This document shows, piece by piece, positions 27,706 to 43,007 of a stretch of 64,000 bases of DNA. Below the pieces are notes generated by a model. The model did no database searches. It was not told the DNA's origin and saw only the letters and a list, made by a program, of their open reading frames with translations. Location: contig OZ024746.1 in NCBI GenBank assembly GCA_964016885.1, positions 27,094,001-27,158,000 on the forward strand, in the 5' to 3' direction. Each line of letters begins with the position of its first letter. The stretch's first letter is position 1. The stretch comes from Eledone cirrhosa. Lineage: Eukaryota. Position numbers and translations under genes: made by a program.

Positions 27706-28293
27706 AAAAAAAAAAAAAAATACATACGTATATTCCATCCACCACTTTATCCTGCCAATCCTACCAACCTTTTCACTAAACCCCTATACACCGACCTTCA
27801 CATTTATCCCCCTGTCTCCCACTCATCATATTCTATAATACATAGATACATGATCTAATAGTTGGCGACCATTTTTGTCCATGTGTATTAGCCACGTGAG
27901 TACAGGAATATTTTGGAAAGAGTAAATCGAAATAAAGATACGGAATAAATTCATCAGGAAGCTAACTGTACTCAATGGCCCAGGCCAACATTTATACCCA
28001 TTATATTAAATGGTACCACTCCCGTTTATATTTATTATACGTGTTCATCTCTTTTTGGCATGGAGAAGGTCGATTTCTTGGGAGAATAGTAAGTAGCACA
28101 GCTGATAGGATCTATGCCAATAAAATATCAGTTCATATTATACATACGCACACACGTACATACGCGCACACATACTGACACATACAGATATGTATGCATG
28201 TATGTATGTATGTATGTATGTATGTATGTATGTATGTATGTATGTATGTATGTATGTAGAATATAATAAATCACGTAAATACACCAATTTAGC

Positions 28294-28379
<86 letters not shown>

Positions 28380-28476
28380 GCATACAAAAAAGTAAACGGA
28401 AACAACAATGCAAACGACACGGTACAGTGAAGAAATATATTTGTTTAATGCTTGACATAGTAGGAAAAGAGTCTTT

Positions 28477-28513
<37 letters not shown>

Positions 28514-28518
28514 GTATG

Positions 28519-28571
<53 letters not shown>

Positions 28572-28572
<1 letters not shown>

Positions 28573-28765
28573 GTAGGTCCCGGGTTGAGTCGGGGATAAC
28601 CACAGTAAGTAAGGTACTCAATACATGCAGAGTAAAAAATATTTATTGTATAGAAGGAGCTTCTACAGGACTAGAACTGTTTCATTCAGATGAAATCTTC
28701 AGGAATCTCCTGAAGATTTCATCTGAATGAAACAGTTCTAGTCCTGTAGAAGCTCCTTCTATACA

Positions 28766-28773
<8 letters not shown>
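28572..28773. mobile_element. TA-embedded element with perfect 66 bp-arm palindrome (28639-28773) of hammerhead motifs
   Basis: Arms identical by eye, 3 nt loop atc; right arm CTGAAGA(28710-28716)-tttcatctgaat-GAAAC-agttcta-GTC, then aataaa. Confidence 0.88.
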
Positions 28774-28814
<41 letters not shown>

Positions 28815-28841
28815 AATGTATATATATATACATACATATAA

Positions 28842-28923
<82 letters not shown>

Positions 28924-29004
28924 GTATATATATATATATATTGTTGTATATATATATATATATATATAAATGTATACATATATATATGTATATATATATA
29001 TATG

Positions 29005-29380
<376 letters not shown>

Positions 29381-29411
29381 AATGTATATATATATATATA
29401 CATACATATAA

Positions 29412-29485
<74 letters not shown>

Positions 29486-31120
29486 GTATATATATAAATG
29501 TATGTATTTAAATCACCAGCCTCTGCATAGCTTTCGTTCACTATATCACCTTCACTCTTCATCTGTACTAGTGAACTGAAGGCTAAATGATACAAACCCA
29601 GACCCAATAGTTTAGGTCTCGACACGAAGTCATTAATCACGTGGTTATTTCTACACTTATGTCGCGAGGAATACTTATTTAGTTTGACAACTGCATTTCT
29701 AAGAAGTTTAATCTACGTAAGTATAAAGAAGAATATTTCTGGACCTGACAATTTATAAACCAACGTGTGTATTTATGTGTGTGCGTGCATGTGTTAGAGA
29801 TTTGACAGTTTTCGCTAATATGAAGAAATAAACGAGTAAGATGAAATTCATTGATAAGCTCTTGTTTATCTCAATAATAAACAGACGTAATGATAAATGT
29901 GTTATTTCCCCAAGGTAAATTGTGCTGGATATATAACGATTTCCTTCTCAAACAGAGTTGCTTTTTAAGAGGAGGATTTATCTACTACGAAAGGTGTGAT
30001 GAAAAAATAAAAACCAAGATCAATATCAGAAAAGGTTGGAACTAGAAAATGTAATTCGTTGAACTAGATCGAAACAAAAGAAAGAAAGAAAAATTAAGAA
30101 AGAGAAACACTTAGACAGTCTTGTCTTGCATTCTGTTTTCTGTCTTGTGTCTTGTGTATTGTTTATAATCTATAATTGTGGAATAATAAGAGGTTTATAA
30201 AAGATTACATTGACAGATCTGTTGAAAGACGTTAAATTTGATTTCAATGTGTATTTGTACAATTCATTTAACTTTCGATATTGTTTCTACTTCACCCTCT
30301 CTTCATTTCTTTCTTTCTAAGTCTGCACTTTTGTCTTCTTGTTAATCGTCGTTCTTACATTCATGGAGCGTGCAGTCGATTCACTACATTTGTCGCGTTA
30401 AAAGAAAAAACAATATTCTTTTGCTCTTTTTTTTTTTGTGTGGGAAGAAATAACTCGAGTGTATTTAATTGTTCCTGATATTTCAACTCTCACCATTTTT
30501 CAATTCTACCTTTCAGTGAAGTATTCATAACAAAAGTTAAACTTTTACATTTTTAAAAACTATCAAAAGATTTAATAATTCACTGCAAAATATTACTAAC
30601 CTAACCACCAACGAAATAAATATCATTGACTCACACTTTCTTTGATGGTTTAGTCAGAAGAGGAAGGACAGAAACAATAACCGTTTTATGATTTTCATGA
30701 TTGATGGTAGAAAAGGAAAAAAGTTATTTACAGACCCGAAACATCCTTTGAATTCCACTGATTCCACCGAAAAATAAAATGCATGGAAGGTTCAGGTAGA
30801 GGTATTAAGCCGGGCAACCTAGTAAGTCTAACAGGAACTGCTTTCCCGATGGGCTTCCACGTAGTTTCATACCACCTATCAAAATTTCAGACACAAAGCT
30901 TTGGTTGACTTGAATCTATAGTAGCAGCCACTTGTCCAAAGTGCCACCAAGTACCGTGGGACTCGACACTAAGCAGATACAAAGCGAAATTACTTTTTTA
31001 ATTAAAGAGGTATCATTGAGTCTGTATACCTTGGCGTTCAAAATCGGCATGGAACATAATACAGATAAAGCCAAATGAAATATCTATGGAGTAAAATTAT
31101 TGTGAGGTAGTAAAAGGGAT

Positions 31121-31990
31121 ATGAGGTGGTGTCTGGTTCGATCCAGATCCACAGGTGGGAAGAAACTGAGAAAAGGTTATGAACAATGTGTTCACTTTCA
31201 CCTAGGAAGTTTTGATGAACACATATATTACCAGCTTTTTGTTGATGGAATAGACTTTTCTAACTACCGTCTCTCCAACATGATTGCTATGGATGAAACA
31301 GCAGTATCCATGGGTCAAAGCTCTCAATCTATAATTGATCAAAGGGGTGCGGCGTCAATTTACATTCCATCAACTGGTTACGAAACTGCACGAGTTACGT
31401 GTACCTTGGCAATTTGTCTCGACGGAAGCAAAGCCCCACATCTTATCATCACTAAAGGCAAGAAAGATAAAATTGAACGCGTTTCAGGTATCTGTGTTCT
31501 GGAAACTGAAAAGGCGTGGTGCACACATGCAGTTTTAAGGAAGTGGGTCGATTTCATGCTGCCATTGATTTTGCGTGGAACCCAAAGAAGTCTCATAGTC
31601 TGGGATTCAGCCAGCACGCACCGCGCCAAAGATATGAAGAACTTTCTTGCAGAAAGAAGAATCTATCAAATCATGACTCCCGCAGGAATGACCGCCTATC
31701 TCCAGACTCTTGACATCGCACTGAATAAACCATTCAAGGACCATCTGGGCATGGAAATAAATGACTACATCGAAAACAGAATAGCGAGAAATGAGCGGGG
31801 AAATTTCGTGAAGCCCAGCCTTCAAGAGATCGTGACTTGGGTGGGAAATTCATGGAACAAAATAACAGATAGCTGTGTCATGAATGCACTAGGAGCAGGC
31901 TATCTGGATAAGAACTCTCCATTCAATTCGACCTCTGTCGCTCAACATGAAAGACGAAAATTGAGGGACGAAAATTCTGCAGGCAATTGA
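31121..31990 (+). pseudogene. pogo/Tc2-type (Tc1-mariner superfamily) DDE transposase catalytic domain, N-terminally truncated
   Basis: NMIAMDET, IVWDSASTH, LQTLDIALNKPFK catalytic motifs; no DNA-binding HTH seen; apparent C-terminal frameshift. Confidence 0.88.
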
Positions 31991-32259
31991 GTCACAAGAA
32001 AATTCCACAGGAATCATTAAATTCACTGATTTGGAAAACAATGACATTCCAGAGTAGGATGACATGATTATTTTTGAATAAATTAGTGGATTATTTCGCT
32101 CACGAGATTTTGAATTAAAGGGCGTGTTTATTTTTAATAAATTTGATCTTTCAAGTAAACGTTGCGCGTAAATGCCGATTGTTTTTTCGTAATTTCCAAT
32201 CATTTACCGAATTTGTAATTTTCAGTTTCTTATTGTCGTTTTTTCGGTATATGAAGCCC

Positions 32260-32336
32260 CTCCCCCGAAAATAAGCCGTAGTGGTACATTTCGGAGTAAA
32301 AATTAATACAACCATGGCTTATAATCGGGGAAACAC

Positions 32337-32340
<4 letters not shown>
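32260..32340 (+). mobile_element. Right terminal inverted repeat of the pogo/Tc2 element, ending at TA
   Basis: cccgaaaataagcc...ggcttataatcggggaaacacgg|TA(TA)n. Confidence 0.75.
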
Positions 32341-32399
<59 letters not shown>

Positions 32400-32608
32400 A
32401 CACACCAGAAAATATGCATTTATCATACTTGGTTAAATGTCTAATGATAGAATATTTGAAATTTACTTTTTACTATAAACATTTGTATTTGATTTTTAAT
32501 TTTCATAAAGTATTCATAGTAAACTAGTAAGTAAGGCATTGGAATTTTACGAAGGTTTCTTTACATCAAGATATGTTCGTTATATCTATACACACATGAA
32601 CACACGAG

Positions 32609-32688
<80 letters not shown>

Positions 32689-33239
32689 CATATTTATAAA
32701 TACTTATATATTGTTTCTTCTCTATCTTGTTTAAGAAGCCGTTCGTCGGAATAGAGTCAACAAACGAGAACAATAGCCTATAGTAATAGCTGCAAACAGA
32801 CACAGTGGAATTCCACTGATATGAAAAAAATATGGCTTCTAACGAAATATTCTAATTGTGACAAATAGTACAGACATTGTAACAATGGTAGGGGGTGGGG
32901 TGGTGAGCGAAAAAGACTATCTATTGAATGAATGTTATAAGTTTTGTCTGATCTGAAGACAGAAACATGTTAAAGCTAAGTCTTTATAATATCATGTCAT
33001 AACATAATAATAATAATAGTAAAAATCTAATGTTGATAAACAAGTTGTTGAAATAATGAGAGGAAACTGTAGCAGCTGCAGACATAAACAGATGCGGCAG
33101 TAACAATGACCATAATAACAATACTGATTACAGCACTCCACGACCATCACCACAACGACCACCACCACTACCACCATTACACTCATCCTCATACCACTAC
33201 CTAGATTATAATAATTCTCTCTCTTCTTTTTAAGTCGTC

Positions 33240-34500
33240 CTTCCTTCGAAGGTGAAGCATGCACAAAGTTCTCGATCTCTTATCGCAGCAAGAAAATCTT
33301 GTCCACTGAGGCCAGTGACTCTCGCCAACAGAGTTCTGTTGGTTATGTTTGGACGTCCTACTCGGTGCTTTGCATCTGGTGACCAGAGAAGCAGTTTTCA
33401 TGTAGGTTCATCAAGGCGGTAAACATGACCAGCAAGAGCCAAGCGATGGGATCGAACTTTCGATGGAACTCGTGGCAGGTCACCATAAAGGACTTTGTTG
33501 GTAATGTTTCTTGCCATTAAATGTTGAACACCACTCGAAAGGAACCATCAAGTCTCTTTGGGCGAGTGACACCGAGAGTCCAGGATTCTGTACCATATAG
33601 TAAGATGGTTTTGAGTAGAGCTTTGAAAACTTTGTATTTCGTAGAAGTTGGGTTGGGAGCTTTCCAGACTTTTTGCTTGGCAAATTTTGATGGTTATATC
33701 AGGGTCAGTGAAACCATCCATATAATTAAATTCTTGAACCAGTTCGATAGGTGAACCGTCAGAAGTATGTAGCCGACTGAAAGTGGATGGATTCAAATGC
33801 ATGAATTTAGTTTTAGAAGCATTGAGAAACAAACCTGCCTCTTGGCAGGAAATCTCGACACAATGAAGGAAGTCCTGAACTGATTCGATGGTGTCCTTCA
33901 GAAGAGCCATGTCATCTGCATAGTCAAGATCAGGGAGCACAATAGCTTGATGACAGTGACATCGACGACTCATGATCATTATACCGTCAGTATCTGTGAA
34001 AGGAGTGCGAAGGGTGTAGTCGAAACATATTAAAAGGAACGAAGCAAGCGGATAACACTACAGACGCCTGTATCGATTGGAAACATATTCGTTTCTTTTT
34101 CAGGTGTAAGAACAACAGCTGAGGTGTTTCCATACATGCTACGAGTATCAGCAGCTATATCAAGAAGAATTCCATAAATTAAAGGCTTTACGGAAATCAA
34201 TAAAAGCTAGAATTGCTTCCTTGTCATAATTTTTAAGCTCCTCGACAATAAAGCAAGAAGGTCAAATATTGTGGATGTACATAATTGGAAACCATTTTGG
34301 TTTGGACGAAGAACTGTGTCGTTAACTGGACAGATTCTGTTCAGCAAACAACGATTGTAGATTTTGGGGGCAACTGAAGTGAGGGACAAGCCTCTGTAGT
34401 TGTCTGTGAAGCGCAGATTACCTTTCTTTAGGATTAGAGTGAAGTCAGATACACCCCAATCCTTAGGTCGATAGCCATTGTGAGTTCCATTGCAGAACTG
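33240..34500 (-). pseudogene. Decayed RTE/RTEX-like LINE reverse transcriptase
   Basis: NYRGLSLTSVAPKIYN...LRPNQNGF and DLDYADDMALL in broken frames. Confidence 0.8.
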
Positions 34501-34519
34501 ATGTATGTATGTATGTATG

Positions 34520-35065
34520 TATGTATCCCAGTACAACCTGTCACATGGTCGGGTCGTTAGCGACTAAACTGGCTTTGGACATCCTGCAGGACTAAAAACA
34601 AAACCTGTCAAAGGGCAAAGGAGCTCTTAAGAGTCAATGGCCAACCAAAATCACCGGGAGAGATGACCCCTTAGCCTTTGTCAAGGCAGAATTCAAGGAG
34701 AAGGAAAACTCTGATATAACACCTGCAACCCTGATGGTATCCAATGATGTTGACTTGTTCTTCTTTTTGGTAAATATCATCTTGGTTAAGAGAGTGGGAC
34801 TGGCTTTGTGCAGTGCCTTTGCTCACTATAAAAGATTCACGGCACAGGCATTGCTTTATATATGGAGATCTCTCTGCACTTGTCATCACATGGTATCATG
34901 GGCCCATCACTATGTGTCAGTAATTGTCACAAGTGTAGTGTTTGTACCAGAGTTTTCAAGTCGCTGGCTAGACTAAAAAGTCACACTCGTTCAGCGCATC
35001 GGTAGGGGTTCTCCTACATGGATATAAAGTAGTGGCCGTACTCGAAAACGAGTTGGCAGCCACCA
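34520..35065 (+). mobile_element. Bipartite non-autonomous RTE-derived element, 5'-truncated copy
   Basis: Near-identical to 35071-35672; RTE-type 5' UTR motif ggagaaggaaaactctga; 3' end encodes [21 protein letters not shown] then (TATG)n. Confidence 0.8.
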
Positions 35066-35070
35066 TGTAT

Positions 35071-35672
35071 GTATGGTCACCAATTGGTGCTACTGGTAAC
35101 ATGTATCCCAGTACAACCTGTCTCATGGTCGGGTCATTGGCGACTAAACTGGCAACCCCACCAAGGTTTCTTGGTGAGGAGGGTGACTTTGGACATCCTG
35201 CAGGACTAAAAACAAAACCTGTCAAAGGGCAAAGGAGCTCTTAAGAGTCAATGGCCATCCAAAATCACCGGGACTGATGACCCCTTAGCTTTTGTCAAGG
35301 CAGAATTCTAGGAGAAGGAAAACTCTGATATAACACCTGCAACCCTGATGGTATCCAATGATGTTGACTTGTTCTTCTTTTTGGTAAATATCATCTTGGT
35401 TAAGAGAGTGGGACTGGCTTTGTGCAGTGCCTTTGCTCACTATAAAAGCTTCACGGCACAGGCATTGCTTTATATCTGGAAATCTCTCTGCACTTGTCGT
35501 CACATAGGCTCAGCACTATGTGTCAATAATTGTCACAAGTGTAGTGTTTGTACCAGAGTTTTCAAGTTGCTGGCTGGACTAAAAAGTCACACTCGTTCAG
35601 CCCATCGGTAGGGGTTCTCCTACATGGATATAAAGTAGAGGCCGTACTCGAAAACGAGTTGGCAGCCACCAT
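35071..35672 (+). mobile_element. Bipartite non-autonomous RTE-derived element, longest copy (about 600 bp)
   Basis: 5' UTR-like half fused to RTE C-terminal C2H2 and 3' tail ctcgaaaacgagttggcagccacca(tgta)n. Confidence 0.8.
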
Positions 35673-35924
35673 GTATGTATGTATGTATGTATGTATGTAT
35701 GTTCTTCTGGTTTTATAATTTCACAAAGTTTTACCAATAGAGAGCGAGTCGGTTTCTAACATAGATACAAGACTCTCTCATTGGAATTTACACAACATCA
35801 ACTAGGTAGATATGTATGTATGCATGTGTAGATATGGATGTTATTGTATGTGTGGATGCGTATGTTTTGAGTTGTTTGTGTGCATGTGTATATGCTTTGC
35901 ATCTGTACATGTGTATATGCAGTT

Positions 35925-36086
35925 ATTAGATGCAACATTTTTGGAATGTTTTACATATTTTTACTGTTCCATTAATGGATTGTACTTGTAATTTCCTAAC
36001 TAGTTGTGTTCTTTCTGTTCCTGTGAACCCTAGCTTCTCAAAATTTGTATTGAGGCAGTTACTAACATACCCCAGTGCCCCAATAA
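35925..36086 (-). pseudogene. R4/Dong-like LINE 3' fragment
   Basis: IIGALG...KLQVQSINGTVKICKTF resembles the RLE-element C-terminus. Confidence 0.55.
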
Positions 36087-36157
36087 TGTATGTATGTATG
36101 TATGTATGTATGTATGTATGTATGTATGTATGTATGTATGTATGTATGTATGTATGT

Positions 36158-36490
36158 ATGGTATCCAATGATGTTGACTTGTTCTTCTTTTTGGTAAATA
36201 TCATCTTGGTTAAGAGAGTGGGACTGGCTTTGTGCAGTGCCTTTGCTCACTATAAAAGCTTCACGGCACAGGCATTGCTTTATATCTGGAGATCTCTCTG
36301 CACTTGTCATCACATTGTACGATGGGCCCAGCACTATGTGTCAATAATTGTCACAAGTGTAGCGTTTGTACCAGAGTTTTCAAGTTGCTGGCTGGACTAA
36401 AATGTCACACTCGTTCAGCGCATCGGTAGGGGTTGTCCTACATGGATATAAAGTAGTGGCCGTACTCGAAAACGAGTTGGCAGCCACCAT
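36158..36490 (+). mobile_element. 3' half of the RTE-derived element
   Basis: Near-identical to 35349-35672. Confidence 0.85.
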
Positions 36491-36824
36491 ATATGTATAT
36501 AAGGAAATAACAAGATCAAAAGGAATCTAGTTCATTTAGATTTTGTTATTGTGTTTTAGCCCCAGGCCGGTCCTGATTCCAACTAGGACCGTACTGACAT
36601 TTTAAGGCTTGGAGGAAAATGCAGAGAGAGTTAGAAGGGGAGAGAGAGAGTTTGATATAGAACATTCTTTTCATCAATAATTTTTTAAGCAACTTATATT
36701 ATTTGGTGTAAAAATTTTAGCCCCCCGCCCCCGGGTCACTGGTTCAGTTGTGAAACGGTGTAAGAAAGAAACTAATTGAAAAAAGATGCACTCCGGTACA
36801 TGTTTTGTGGATGTTTCACTTGGA

Positions 36825-37395
36825 ATCGAAGGTGAGAGTTAACTTGGAAGGGGAGTTGAAAATTACACTTGGAGAGGTAGGTGAGAGTTTACACTTGGAG
36901 AGGCAGGTGACAGTTACACTTGGTAAGGAAGGTGAGAGTTACATTTGAAGAGGAATGTGAGAGTTACAGTTGAAATAGAAGGTGAGAGTTAATTTGAAGA
37001 GGGATGTGAGGGTTACACTTGGAGAGGAAGGTAAGAGTTTCATTTGGACTAGAAGGTGAGAGTTAACTTATAGGGGGACTTGAGAGTTACACTTGCGGAG
37101 AGAGTTGAGAGTTACACTTGGAGAGGGAGTTGAGAGTTACACTTGGAAAGGGAGGTGAGACTTACACTTGGAGAGCTGGTAAGTGTTACACTTGGTGATG
37201 GAGGTGAGAGTTACACTTATAGTAGATGTGAGTTACACTTGGAGAGGGAGGTGAAAGTTGTCCTTGGAGAGGGAGGTGAACATTACTCTTAGTGATGGAC
37301 AGTTACACATGTAGAGGGAGGTGAGAGTTAGACAAAGAAAGAGGGGGAATGAGAATTATACTTGGAGAGTTACATTTGGTGAGGAAGGTGAGAGT
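36825..37395. repeat. About 23 bp minisatellite
   Basis: Unit gagagttacacttggagagggaggt, over 20 degenerate copies. Confidence 0.9.
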
Positions 37396-38809
37396 AGAGA
37401 CAATCTTTGACTACTGATGCTATAACTCTTGAACATTGTCATTCGACCTGTCTTGGACATATTAAACCTGGCGGCACCGTTCCCCATGAAAGCAAGATGA
37501 AAGCAGAATCTACACCAGGACTGAACTGTTACTTTACTGAACTGAGAATGCAGAAACCCCGACTGAATATCTCAAAATATTATATCTAACGCTCTATTGA
37601 TTCTACCAAGACCCCAGTTGAAGGAGTTGTTATTCCCCAGTGAAATTAATTTAAAGGTGATTGAATATCACTCACTGCCTCAGTGAATGAGACTATACTC
37701 ATAGTATTCATATGTATGCCAAGGATTCATAAATTGGAAAGTGATGGTAAGATATTATATGTCGTGTTCCTTGATGGTCCCTAGTTAATATATATTCCTC
37801 TAGAGACATTGTATAATTTTTATATACTGTGTATACTTTCATTTTCTTATTTTTCCTATTCATTCGGTTTCAATGTAAACTCCCACACTTTTTGTAACCT
37901 CTTCATGTAATGCCACCCACCTCATTATCCGTCGACATTGTGGAGATCATTATCATTATTATTATTATTATTGATATTATTTGTATTGTGGTTATTATTA
38001 TTATTATTAATAATAATAACGACGGCGACAACAACAACAACGACAGCAATAATAAGTATGTGGAGTAGATGAAAATCAGATCTAGATAAACGGGAAGAAA
38101 GTTTTAACACGCAACTCCAAGTTTTATGCAATTTTTATTCAGAGACACGCGCAGCGATATTTTAAAAGTTAAGTTCCAACAACGACAAATCTTAAAAAAA
38201 GCAAATATAAAGGAATAACAAAATAAATGTAACAAAGTATAATAAAACAGGCAACTCTACTCACACAAACAAACAAGCAAATTAAACAAAAGAAAAAAAA
38301 ATTAAAGAACAGAGCAAGAGAGAAAAAATATCTAAAATAATAACAATAAAAAATGCTATAAAATTAGTTATCTTTTCTCTTTTCTCTGCTAAAACATAAA
38401 GTTTAGAAGACACCGAGAGAGAAAGAGAGACAAAACAAAACAATACTAAACAAAATAAAACAAACAAACAAACATATCTATAAAGATATAGAGACAGGGG
38501 AAAAGAAAGATGGTAAAAATACGTATGAGAAAAATATGAAATAAAATAAAGATATATAAATTCGTTATTTTGGTTTTACAAATAAGAAAAGGAAAAATAA
38601 ATAAATAAATAATGAGATGAGAAAGAAAGATTCGTGAAGGAAAGAGAAGAGAAAAATGGTAAAAATATAAAATAAAAATAACGAAAAAAAAAAAAAAAAT
38701 AAATAAGTAAATAAAGGAGACAAAAGAAAATAAATGCATAAATAGAAATAATCGAAGACTTTTATTTTAAAATGGAATAGAATCTGCTACATTAAGCATG
38801 GATTATAGA

Positions 38810-39116
38810 TGAAAACAACCACCACTACCACAACAACAACAACATTATCAACTACAACAACATCATCATCATCATCATCATCATAAACTACAGTAACATC
38901 TACAACAACTACAACAGAAACAATCACCACTACCACAACAACAACAACAACAACAACACCATCATCAACAACAACAACAACAACAGCATCAACTACAACA
39001 AGATCATCACCATCAACAACAACAACAACACCATCAACAGCAACAACAACATCATCATCACCATCAACAACAGCAATAACAACAACAACAACAACAACAA
39101 CAACATCATCACCATC

Positions 39117-39156
<40 letters not shown>

Positions 39157-39594
39157 GTAACAACACCATTATCAATAACAACATCATCATCACCATCAAC
39201 AACAGCAACAACAACAACAACAACAACACCATCAACAGCAACAACACCATTATCAATAACGACATCATCACCATCAGCAACAACAACAACAACAACAACA
39301 ACATCATCACCATCAACAGCAACAACACCATTATCAATAACAACAACATCATCACCATCAACAACAGCAACAACAACAACAACAACATCATCAACAATTT
39401 CAACAACTACAACAAAAAACAACACCATGTTAATAATCATCATAATGATTTTTAGCAAGAGAACCACCGAGTAGAAAATAAATGTGTGTGTATGTGTGTA
39501 TGTATGTATGTATGTATGTATGTATGTATGTATGTATGTATGTATGTATGTATGTATGCATGTATGTATGTATGTATGTATGTATGTATGTATG

Positions 39595-39628
<34 letters not shown>

Positions 39629-40010
39629 CGTACGTATGTATGTATGTATGTATGTATGTATGCATGTACGTATGTATGCATGCATGTATGTATGTATGTA
39701 TTATGTATGTATGCATGTACGTATGTATGCATGTAAGTATGTATGTATATACGTATGTATGCATGTAAGTATGCATGACTGTATGTATGTATGTATGAAT
39801 GTATTTATGTATGTATACAACAAACACACATATACATGTATGTATATATAAGTAGAAAAAAGTGAATAATATAGCAATGATGACAAAAGTAAATTTGATA
39901 ATAATAATAGAAATGACAACAACAACAACAATAATAGCAACAACAACATCAACAACATCAACAACAGCATCAACAACAACATAAACAATAATAATAATGA
40001 TAATAATCGG
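38810..40010. repeat. (CAA/CAT)n and (TATG)n arrays
   Basis: Simple repeats. Confidence 0.9.
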
Positions 40011-40223
40011 AAAAATCTAAACGTAAAATATGACAAAGACATAATTTAAATAAATGTGAGTGCAAGCATAAGTATATGTATGCATATGTTTATGAATGTA
40101 TGTGTGTGAATGTGTGTGTATATATATATATGTACACACATGTGTATGTAAGTGTATACATACGTGTATATTTCCATACACACACATGGAATTTGCATGC
40201 ATACTAGTGAAAGATAGTAAGGG

Positions 40224-40260
<37 letters not shown>

Positions 40261-40353
40261 TGTAAATATATATATGTGTGTAAATAATATACACTTACAC
40301 TCACAAAAAAATATATACATACATACACACACACGCATATATATATATATATA

Positions 40354-40395
<42 letters not shown>

Positions 40396-40660
40396 TGTTT
40401 GTGTGTCTATGTGTGTAAACATATGGAAGGAATTGAGAGAGAGGGAGAAGGATATACATGAGATAGAGAGGGAGACAAGACAACGTAGGAGGAGAAGAAG
40501 GAAGATGAGAAGGATTGGAGAAGATGGTGAAACGGAAATGAAGACAGAAAGAAAGAGAAAGAGTATGTATGTTTGAGCAGTAATAGTAAATGTGGAGGTG
40601 AAATAAAATTAAGAATCGGAGAAGAATAGCAGGCGAAACATATTACCAGAAGAAACGACA

Positions 40661-40758
<98 letters not shown>

Positions 40759-41635
40759 CAAAGCAGCATAAAAATAAATCTTCAACTATAACAATAGTAA
40801 TAAAACAAAGAAAACAAATAAAACGAATTTAAGGAAGTTATTTGTGAAAGGAATAGTATAAGATTTAAAGAATGAGATTCTATTGGAATGAAAATCGCAA
40901 TAGAACTAAACTAAAAAATGAAGAAAAAAAAATCATTTTTTCTTGATTGTTTTTTTTTTCCCTTTTCAATTGTTTTTTCTTTCTTTTTTTTTGCTATTCC
41001 GAACAACTTTTTGAAATGTAGAAAACGTACAAAGGATTTTGACAACAACATATCGAAGAAAATTTATCAGTACAAGAAAAAAAAAAAAAAAACTCCATTA
41101 AGATAAAAGTAAAAAAAAAATAGTAATAAAAATGTGTTTAATAAATACAGCATTAGTTAAACAATAAAAAAGGTAAATAAATACAAAAATTGCAAAGAAA
41201 TGAAAAATAGAGACATTTTAAAAGATATATTGAAGAGAAACTTAAGTGAAGCTCACAGATGTGTATGGCTGTTAATTGGAACCGCTCAGACTTGAGAAGA
41301 GGTAATACATATAGTTTCCACCTACATCTTTCCTGCTTCTAAACACGTATATAGACATATACATAGACGCACACTCATATGCATGTACAGAAAATACATA
41401 CTAGTACACATACATGTATGCATAAATGCACATAGGCATACACGCATACGCAATCATACAGGTATGTATGCTTAGGCACACGTACACACACACATACACG
41501 TACACACACACACTTATATAAATATGACAAATGTATGTGGAAGGAAATATAAATGGTTGCATGTACTTTTAAACTATTAAAACTGCGAAAAATAATAAAA
41601 ATATTTTACAAAATAATAACAACAGTAATAATAAC

Positions 41636-41985
41636 AGTTTCTGATTTAGGCACAAGGCCAGCAATTTTTCAGGAGAGGAAGAAAGTCGATTATATCGACT
41701 ATAGTGTATGGCCGGTACTTTTATTTTATCGACCTCGTAAGGATGAAAAGCAAAGCTAACCTCAGCGGGATTTGAACTCAGACCATAAGGGACGTAACTA
41801 TGCCGCTAAGCTTGGTGTCCGACGCTCTACCGATTCTACCAACCCATAATAATGGTTTCTGATTTAGGCACAAGGCCAGCAATTTAAAAGGAACGAGAAA
41901 GTCGATTATATCGACACCGGTTCGTTACTGGTATCTTATTTTATCGATCCAATATGAGTGAACAGCTAAGTTGACCTCGGCGGGA
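41636..41985 (-). mobile_element. Two tandem tRNA-SINE copies
   Basis: tttaggcacaaggccagcaatt tails at about 41645 and 41863; B-box complement gggatttgaactc. Confidence 0.8.
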
Positions 41986-42819
41986 TACAGGCACAGGCAT
42001 TTAACATATTTAGTATATACAACATTGCAATGTCATGGTTTTTCTGACAAGTCCTTAAAAGCACTGCAACGAATGACAGTTATTTTTATATCACCGAGAC
42101 TGCTTTTAAATGGTTCCTAGCGATTTTCCGTCTAAATCAGATCAGGATTCTCTGCATCATATATTTTGGTGATTTTGTTTTTCCGTGGGATTTAGTAAAA
42201 GTTAATGCTGTGCGCTGTTCGAAGCAATGTTAAGTAAACAAAAAAAAAGAAAACAAAAAAAAAGAAAAGAAGGAAAATCAACGCCAGAAAGCCACAGGTT
42301 CCCGAGCACAGAACCATAACTTTCGTGGACACACTAACTTAACAGAGATGGTAACACAAAAAACCAAACCACAGTAACATATAAATACTATGAGAACAGG
42401 ATAGAATGATTGGACATCTTGAGATCCATGTAACGGGCACACAAACAACAATACATTATAATAAAGATATAGTTATTTTCTCCTCGTGTAATCTGTGCAT
42501 AATTTAAACGTCGAAATTCTCTGTAAAGTTTATTTTTCAAAGAACTCGTTTACAAACATTTCTCGAAGACAATCCTTTTAAAAGTAAGTTACTTTATTCA
42601 TATTTGATCATAGAATGGTGTAAATAAATGACATGATACAATTTCGAATGTCTCTCTCTAAGTAAGATTCAAACGCTCTATCCCTTAATTAAGAGCTCCC
42701 AATACTGTTTAAATCAACGACCTCTTCATGGAATCGTTCTTCCCTCATCAACCCCAGCCATGTACAGAAATAAATAAGTAAACAAATAAATCAGTAAACA
42801 TGATATTAAATAATTAGAT

Positions 42820-43007
42820 AATTGTTTCTACTTTAGGCACAAGGCCAGCAATTACCCAGTTCATTACTGGTACTTTATTTTATCGACCCCGTAAGGATGA
42901 AAGGCAAAGTCAACCTCGGCGGGATTTGAACTCGGATCGTAAAGGGACGTAACTATGCTGGAAAGCATGGTGTCCAACCCTCTACCGATACTGCCAATCC
43001 ACCGCCC
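42820..43007 (-). mobile_element. Full-length tRNA-SINE with TSD
   Basis: Flanking direct repeat aaataattagataat; intact A/B boxes. Confidence 0.9.

Noticed and set aside
36825-37395. CRISPR-like appearance of short repeats (also 60135-61145, 62925-63232)
   Set aside because: No unique spacers, degenerate units, eukaryotic context, no cas genes.
37925-38131. ORF resembling a type II membrane protein N-terminus
   Set aside because: TTG start, and the hydrophobic and Asn runs come from (GTT)n/(AAT)n repeats.
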